A DNA stretch of 64,000 nt, from the NCBI GenBank assembly GCA_024704765.1, contig JAKMXF010000321.1:868001-932000 (forward strand), written 5' to 3'. Below, piece by piece: positions 57,330-64,000 of the stretch. Positions within the stretch are counted from its first letter, which is position 1; each line of letters starts with the position of its first letter. Origin of the DNA: Oopsacas minuta (lineage: Eukaryota; Animalia; Porifera). The notes under the pieces are model-generated. The model was not told where the DNA came from. It worked only from the letters and a program-made list of their open reading frames with translations, and did not search any database. The position numbers were made by a program, and so were the translations under genes.

Positions 57330-58117
57330 CTCAAGCAGAAGTTCAAACTCTCAATATATCGATAACTTCCGCCATTCTGAATTCTATTGGTGCTAACTCT
57401 TATTATATTGATCAAGTACTTGCACTGATATCTAGTAATTGAATAATTTCACAAATAAGATACAAAAGGAGACTTGCCAAGTTATCATATTTATAAGGTG
57501 ATACCGTTACATATTATCAACATAAGCTGTACTTACGGAAAGAGAGTATAACTCGTAATGTTATATTTCTTGTATTTATGTGGATCAAATCAGTTTCCTT
57601 ATTGTATTCTATATTGCTATGAAGAAATTCTTTCCTACCATGAATAGTCGTTTATAGATGCATTCTATCTCACAATACTTGGGTATATCTGCAACAGAAG
57701 AGATTGTTCGGGCAGTATAAAGTGCTGTTATATTTATTCCTAATCACATTTGAGTTATACATCCTGAAGATGATTATCTTCTACAACTCATATGCAGTAT
57801 TGGAATCTATTAGTGTGAATGCTTGTGGGTTTCATGTGACCAATCTTTCCCCACAGTTTACAATTTCAAATCCTACAAATATACTTCTTGCGAATATTAG
57901 TACCTACTGTTTGTTATTGGTACATCTGACAGACCTTGTCATCTATTTTAACTCTATTTTAATTAGTTTAATGTATATTTATGTAACCCGTGTGAAATAC
58001 ATTTGGAGAATATTTGGTTACAGCAAAACGTATCGTTATCGTTTTCAAGCATTTTTATGTAATCAATCTGTAGTTACTAATTCTATTTGTATTTTGTATA
58101 ATGTATTTGAGTATTAG
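57330..58117 (+). pseudogene. 7TM family pseudogene with a large internal deletion
   Basis: N-terminal/TM1 remnants with stops; TM2 sequence (TTTCTTGTATTT) is joined directly to TM5 sequence (GGATCAAATCAGTTTC) near 57575; frameshifts; C-terminal YRYRF motif retained. Confidence 0.85.
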
Positions 58118-58478
58118 AATCTATTAAATGCAAATCTTGGTGATCTTAATACATGATAAGACGTAGAATAACTGCTTCTACTCTACGGGTCTGAATAAAC
58201 GGGGGAGTGGAAAAATTTGGAAATTTAATAAACAGGAGATGGAAAAAAATCTAGAATTAATAAGTGGGTCCCCGCTGATTCGGACCCCTAGAGTAACAAC
58301 CGAATGACGTACTAACCGAGTTCTACAGTATATGATTAAAACAGATTGAATATAATCTTACTTACTTGTATAGAATAAATATTTCGAAATATAATATATA
58401 TATTATAGGACAATAGTGATCATATGTAGAATATCAATTTCGTAATACATCCTCTGTTGAATAGAATGATGAATGGCA

Positions 58479-58706
58479 TTAATTAAATCCCTTCCATAAG
58501 TAGCTATTCTGTATTCCAATTTCATGTCCAGCTCCAGTCCTCTTGTGGTCTGGTACTCTTGTACGGACCTGACATAATCTGTCTACTATCTCCTCCATCT
58601 CTTCCTTCCTTACACACTTGAAGCCGTATCCCTTAGTTTGAGTTTCGTAAGTTCGTGCAGCAGATTTATTCCCCACCCGTTCAATCTTATCAGTTTGTTT
58701 ATCCAT
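58479..58706 (-). CDS. Small orphan protein, 75 aa
   Basis: ATG immediately after TTTATTAAG; hydrophilic, protein-like composition, helix KEEMEEIVDRL, C-terminal GIQNSYLWKGFN. Confidence 0.55.
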   Translation of the reverse strand: MDKQTDKIERVGNKSAARTYETQTKGYGFKCVRKEEMEEIVDRLCQVRTRVPDHKRTGAGHEIGIQNSYLWKGFN

Positions 58707-58789
58707 CTTAATAAAGCATAAACTAAATCAAGTAATCGTATATGGTACTGATAAAATACGATGCGAATTATTGCATGAAATATACTATA

Positions 58790-59385
58790 ATATGAGCTGA
58801 TTCGCTTGTTCGCGCTGCGTGGCTTGCGAGCACTGTGTTCGCATGGAACTCGGCACTTTGTGCCTTGAATTTTCATAAGAACAACAATCATGTATATATG
58901 AGTTTGAGTGCGAAATTTGGATCAGCGGACGCTATTACCGGCATAACCGTTGAAACCAAGTTTCTGGAACTATTTATAGATTTGTTTACTTTAGATTCCT
59001 AAAAACAACAATACTTCTTTCAATGAAGACGTATTACGTATAATACGTTCATCGTACAATTTTTGGTCATGTAAGTTCTATTAGGGGCTGATTTCTGCAA
59101 TAAGTATTTTTGCATCAAAACAGTAGTTCTCGAATTGTTAATGATAAATCTCAGCATAGTTAACTAACATATGTAATACCTTATAATATTGTGACTTATA
59201 CAAGTCTAACAATTTCAAAATCTCATATTTCGAGGTTAACCTAGACGTATAATACGTTAAAATAGATCACGTATAACACATTATACGTTACACGTGTATT
59301 ATATAACTTAAAACCTTCCGTTCACAAAGAACAAACAGAGACAGACAGACAGACAGACAAAAATAGAGCAATTTAATAATATAGA
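58790..59385 (-). mobile_element. Possible non-autonomous Helitron-like element
   Basis: Minus strand begins A|TCTATATTATTAAA followed by a (TGTC)n microsatellite, typical of Helitron 5' ends. There is a GC hairpin near 58805-58830, but no clean CTRR end. Confidence 0.4.
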
Positions 59386-59657
59386 TTTCATTGAGACATT
59401 ATGTCAATAAGTAATCTGTAATTAGAATAAATAAATAGCATAGAACATAATACTAATAATCTCAATAAAAATAAAGTAATTTTATAGTTCGGGTATTGGC
59501 TATGTACAGACAGATATAATATACATTTTATTGAACTAAAAAGTAGATAATCACAATAGTGTATAGAAAATCGCAGACAAATACAAACAATAGGGAAGCA
59601 AGAATGTATATTAAATTTGTAAACATATTAAATTTATATTAATCTGCTTTGAATGTA

Positions 59658-62600
59658 TCAATTTGACGAATAGGCCTCAGCAATACCTATTGATTCTTGG
59701 TATGTCGACACCTCAAATTGTTTATCTTCTCTACACCGCTTCGTGCCCTCTTCCAACAATTTAATCCAATTCTTACAATTAGCGTGGCTCTCTGCTCTTA
59801 GCTGTAGAGATCTGATTTGGTTCTCAAGAGTATCGAATACTTCCATCAGAAAACAACACTCATCTCCTACACACTGCTTAACACTAACAATGTTACTCAG
59901 CTTAAAGGGACATCTGTAATTAATAAGTTTACATTCATCGTCCTCAAATAAATCACTAGTTGATATGTGACGCTGAAACAGATTCTTAGAAGGTCTAGTG
60001 AATAGCAGAAGGTCGTCGAACAGAAATCCGACTAACTCCTTGTTGCTGTTAGTTTTGACTAGTTTACCAGTATACAGTAGCTTTCTAGTTATCTCAGATT
60101 TACTATGTATAATGTTCTTACATATAACCTCATTCTCTGAGAACTCCAGATGATTCATCACCCATTTTACTTTAGTAGCATTCTCATGCGCGCGGACACC
60201 CTCATTAGCTTCTAGACATATGTTTTCAAGCTGAGAGAGAGCACTGTCTAGTTTGGATTTGAGCGTAGTGTTACTAGCAGGACAGATCTCCAGCAGTCTC
60301 TTCATGAACAGCTGATATTTAGTGATTCTTTGCATAGGCTTAAGCATAAAGCTGCTGATAGGTAGATGTGCTGTGCGTGGATCTTGAGACCATATCGACT
60401 GTAGCTCACGGATAGAGGCGTCACCTTCCAGCTTCTTCTGCAACAAACTAATCGCATTACTCTGGCTGCTACACCAGGTTACGAATCTCTGTAGAGAAGA
60501 TATCTGGGAGTAGAACAGTTCTGCCATCACTTCAAAACTCTTCTGCATATCTCTGTCACTTTGCATTCCTTCCACCATCCTCCTGGAAACTCCGACTAGA
60601 TCACGCCAGTTAACCATTATCGGTTTTAACTGTGATTGAGTGAGCAGTCGATTCTTCTCGATTGGTTGAAAGAATAGTTCATCAACTAACTGAAGATCAG
60701 TTAAGTACGCTAGCTCAGAGGATAAGATCTCTGTAATAACAAATTCTAACTCTTTCTCTATAGAACTAGTATCCTCCTGTTTGATGGCTTCTCTCTGCTC
60801 AAGAGCGTAGTTAGCAGGGAATGCACCGATTTTTCCGTTTAGCTCACCTCTCCACCATTTCTCTGTTGATTTAGACAGTAGATTAATCACGTCTCCCGGT
60901 GAGAAAGATATTTCGTCATCATTCTGACTGGTGTACGAAAACACAGCTGTATATTTGGGGCTTTTGATCTGGTCTACAGTGTGATGACTCTTCTCTACAT
61001 ACTTCAAAGGGAAGTAACCTGTCTTCCCATTGAACTCTCCAGTAGCCCACTCTCCCTCTACAGAGACAAGCTTAATGTTATCTCCTTTCTTGAAGGTCAG
61101 GTCTTGGTCGTAAGCTTGATGGTAGTCATATAGAGCTACGTAATAAGCTCCTATTTGTGGGGAATATGACCTAACTTCGGGTGGTCCAGCTTGGATTTGT
61201 TTGGTTTGTAGTGCAACTGTGGTTTCTGACGGTTTTGTTGGGATAAATGAGCAAGGAAACCATCCAGAACTCCCAGTACTCTCTACACGTCCATAATACC
61301 ACTTACCATTAGCTTTACTCATAGAAATATGTAATGTGTCTCCAGCTTGGAATGAAAAGTCTCCTCCTCTCTGTTTGAAACGCATACTAGCAGGTGTAGA
61401 GAATGGAGTGATGCTCTGTTCTTCCTGACCAGTGACGTCACTACTGACAGGAGCAATGGGGGATGAAGATAGAAGCTTAGCCTGTGGTCTAGGAGCTGCT
61501 TGTGGTTTCGTAGTAGAAGGTTGTGAGTGAGACGTTGATAATGTTTGAGATAAATCCTGTGTTTTATTCAACTCAATAGAACCTGTATATACAGTGTTAG
61601 TTTGCTCCATTTTACTCTTGATGTCATGTACAACGGAGAGTTTACTCACTGTCGGTTCAGCAGAAGATTTAATCGGTTTATTGGGAAGCAATGGAGTGGG
61701 GTGTGTACGCTTCGGAGCAATAGGTGCTTGAATATTATCGTATAGAGGAGATGTGTCATCTATCTCTTGAGGTTGTGATATTTTAGCAACGTAACTGGCA
61801 GGTAGGTATCCAGATTTACCATTTAATTCACCGTACATCCATTTATCAATAGTCTGGCTTATGAGTATCTTATCGTGTTTCTTGAACACTAGATCTCCTT
61901 CCTGAGTCCCATTGAAATCATACAGAGCTAAATGTAATTCTTGTTGATCTGTTTCTGGATTAGCGGTAGGTAACTTATCAGTTTGTTTACCTTTAGCAGG
62001 TTTATCTTCAGATTTAGTGGAAAGAATTGTATCCAGAGCACTGGTGATATCATGAGTAGCTTTTTCCATAGGAACAATACTTGATCTCTCAAAACTATCA
62101 TCAAACTGGGTAGAGTTCATGGTTATAGTCAGCTGGCTGGGATTAGGCTTGACAGAGGGTGTCTGTGCATTTGTTGTTGTTGGTATTTCTTTTATAGAGA
62201 ATTTAGGAAACCAACCATATTTATCGTTATAAGAACCGTACAGCCATTTGCTCTGAGTCTTCTCTTTAGTTACAGTTATGATTGCACCTTTCTCAAAGTT
62301 AAGCTGCTCTGTAGTGCGTCCTTTATAGTTCACCTTAGCTTCCACCTGATAAGAATCCACTACTTGTTCATCAGGATCCTTCCCTCCAAGCGCAGATCTC
62401 GGGAGATACTTCTGTGGCTGTGCGTATATATCCTCAACTGGTTTGCTATTTTGTGTTTCTACCAGCTCTTTGTTGTTATCAGAATAAGGTACTGGGATAG
62501 GAGGAGCTGTACGTAAAGGGAGTTTCTGTACATAACTCTCCGGTACGATTCCACACTTCCCGTTAACCTCTGCTCCAACCCAACCATCATCTGGTCCATC

Positions 62601-64000
62601 ATACTCTGACCTCCAGCTGAGTACATCTCCCTTCTTGAAGCTGAGCACCCCCTCCTCATTAGCCTCGAAGTCATACAGAGCAGAGAGCCTGTGGGAAGAA
62701 CTAGGGGCGCTAGCAACAAGAGAGGAGTTCGGTTTAGAAGCAGGGTATTTTGTAGGTTTGGGAGGTTTAGTTATGCTCAAGTCATCAATTCCCACCTGCT
62801 GATACAGAATGTTATCTTGTACAGAGGTCAAATCACTTTCACTACTAACAAACATAGAGGCAGGTCTCTGTGTAGCCTTCTCGCTTGCTAGCTGCTTAGC
62901 TGATTTAGCATACTCTAATAATGTATTGCTATCTACGTAGGTATCGTATTGAGGTGTAGGATTTGTGTGGATAGGAGGAGAGGTGCTTGGGATTATTTTC
63001 TCATTTGGCGAAACAAATATGTCCTCTTTTTGAATTTGTTGTTGTTGTTTCTTGTTTCTGTGTTTTTGTCTTGGTTTTTGCTTTAGTTGTTCTAGACTCT
63101 TGTGTTGTTGATTAGGTTGTTGTGCGGAATTCATTTTCGTCGGGGTTGTATTGAAAAGGGCATTGCCAGCTGTTTCATACAAAGACTCAATTTTAACCTG
63201 AGGTTTAGCCACAGAAGGCACTTTAATAACTTTATTCTGATCAACAACTGGTTGAGTTGAGGTGAATATATTCATTAGATCTGTACTAGTATCCGTAGCA
63301 TGTTCATCAGCACTAGTGACACCTAAACTGCCGAAAGGATCGAATTTGAAACCAGACTGTGTTTGTACAGGTTTAGCTACAGGGATTTGTATTTGTTTAT
63401 TCTCTATTGACGTAATGCTCTTCTGTCTGTTAGCAAAGAATGAATTTACTTCCAACTGCTTCTTCCTGACACCAGATTCCATGCTCTGCACCTTCTTCTT
63501 AGCATCTTGAGTCTGTTTACGGACGCTAGCTAGATGAGTTTGTACTGAAGCTAAGTTGTCCTTAGCTATCTGCTCGCTAACATCTAGAGATACCTTGTGT
63601 CTACGATTATTCTCAATAGCAGTGTTAAGCTGTGTTACATTCTCACTGAGTGTATCATGATTCTTGAGAGACTCTGATTGAACATTTTCTCTGGACTTGA
63701 GATGTTTCTTAAGCAGCTCCTTACGACTGATAAGAGAAGTTAGTCTATTTGTTTGTGTCTTCAGTTGAGCTTGTAGAGATGTCTTGTCCTGTTGGCTGTT
63801 AGTTTCGGTCTCAGGACTTTGTTCCGATTGCAACTCTCTTTTAAGACTAGTCGTAAACTGCTCTTGATGCCAGAGACGAGACTCTAGGTCCACTTTACGC
63901 ATGTCTAAGTGTTCTTCTTCCGCTTGTAAGGAAGAAGCCTGACTTTTTAGAGAGTCTAACTCTTCATTCAGTCTCTTCCTTTCCTGTTCCAACTGCTCAC
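59658..64000 (-). CDS. ITSN1: Intersectin (3' part; gene continues beyond window): coiled coil, six SH3, DH, PH
   Basis: Coiled coil, SH3 motifs (ALYDF...W...G..P.SYV), DH (EILSSELAYLTDL...LKPMQRITKYQL...NEGVR), PH (LFDDLLLFTRP); frame is open to the window edge. Confidence 0.88.
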   Translation of the reverse strand, partial: EQLEQERKRLNEELDSLKSQASSLQAEEEHLDMRKVDLESRLWHQEQFTTSLKRELQSEQSPETETNSQQDKTSLQAQLKTQTNRLTSLISRKELLKKHLKSRENVQSESLKNHDTLSENVTQLNTAIENNRRHKVSLDVSEQIAKDNLASVQTHLASVRKQTQDAKKKVQSMESGVRKKQLEVNSFFANRQKSITSIENKQIQIPVAKPVQTQSGFKFDPFGSLGVTSADEHATDTSTDLMNIFTSTQPVVDQNKVIKVPSVAKPQVKIESLYETAGNALFNTTPTKMNSAQQPNQQHKSLEQLKQKPRQKHRNKKQQQQIQKEDIFVSPNEKIIPSTSPPIHTNPTPQYDTYVDSNTLLEYAKSAKQLASEKATQRPASMFVSSESDLTSVQDNILYQQVGIDDLSITKPPKPTKYPASKPNSSLVASAPSSSHRLSALYDFEANEEGVLSFKKGDVLSWRSEYDGPDDGWVGAEVNGKCGIVPESYVQKLPLRTAPPIPVPYSDNNKELVETQNSKPVEDIYAQPQKYLPRSALGGKDPDEQVVDSYQVEAKVNYKGRTTEQLNFEKGAIITVTKEKTQSKWLYGSYNDKYGWFPKFSIKEIPTTTNAQTPSVKPNPSQLTITMNSTQFDDSFERSSIVPMEKATHDITSALDTILSTKSEDKPAKGKQTDKLPTANPETDQQELHLALYDFNGTQEGDLVFKKHDKILISQTIDKWMYGELNGKSGYLPASYVAKISQPQEIDDTSPLYDNIQAPIAPKRTHPTPLLPNKPIKSSAEPTVSKLSVVHDIKSKMEQTNTVYTGSIELNKTQDLSQTLSTSHSQPSTTKPQAAPRPQAKLLSSSPIAPVSSDVTGQEEQSITPFSTPASMRFKQRGGDFSFQAGDTLHISMSKANGKWYYGRVESTGSSGWFPCSFIPTKPSETTVALQTKQIQAGPPEVRSYSPQIGAYYVALYDYHQAYDQDLTFKKGDNIKLVSVEGEWATGEFNGKTGYFPLKYVEKSHHTVDQIKSPKYTAVFSYTSQNDDEISFSPGDVINLLSKSTEKWWRGELNGKIGAFPANYALEQREAIKQEDTSSIEKELEFVITEILSSELAYLTDLQLVDELFFQPIEKNRLLTQSQLKPIMVNWRDLVGVSRRMVEGMQSDRDMQKSFEVMAELFYSQISSLQRFVTWCSSQSNAISLLQKKLEGDASIRELQSIWSQDPRTAHLPISSFMLKPMQRITKYQLFMKRLLEICPASNTTLKSKLDSALSQLENICLEANEGVRAHENATKVKWVMNHLEFSENEVICKNIIHSKSEITRKLLYTGKLVKTNSNKELVGFLFDDLLLFTRPSKNLFQRHISTSDLFEDDECKLINYRCPFKLSNIVSVKQCVGDECCFLMEVFDTLENQIRSLQLRAESHANCKNWIKLLEEGTKRCREDKQFEVSTYQESIGIAEAYSSN

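Overview
AT-rich eukaryotic (animal) genomic DNA, not prokaryotic. No rRNA, tRNA or CRISPR array was found. The gene style (compact, mostly intronless genes mixed with short-intron genes, many MITEs) fits a compact early-branching animal genome, most plausibly a glass sponge such as Oopsacas; this is inference, not verified. Minus-strand RNA-metabolism run: FARSB (6 exons, one GC-AG intron), canonical U2AF1, a divergent second U2AF1, THADA and DTWD2. Also present: a two-exon secreted coiled-coil gene plus its dead tandem copy; an intronless orphan 7-transmembrane receptor-like family (4 intact copies, 3 pseudogenes/relics); a multi-exon ankyrin-repeat TRP channel; a GIMAP/AIG1 GTPase; two small orphan genes; the 3' part of an intersectin with six SH3 domains; hAT, Tc1/mariner, LINE and possible Helitron relics; and a Nextera-adapter assembly artefact at 46.2 kb. 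Best leads: (1) an intact U2AF1 paralog with Leu at the Q157-equivalent 3' splice-site-reading residue and an eroded RS domain; (2) unpaired splice acceptors directly before the ATG of most genes plus a THADA-DTWD2 tRNA-modification pair 125 bp apart, suggesting trans-splicing and an operon; (3) the orphan 7TM family undergoing birth-and-death evolution next to the TRP channel.
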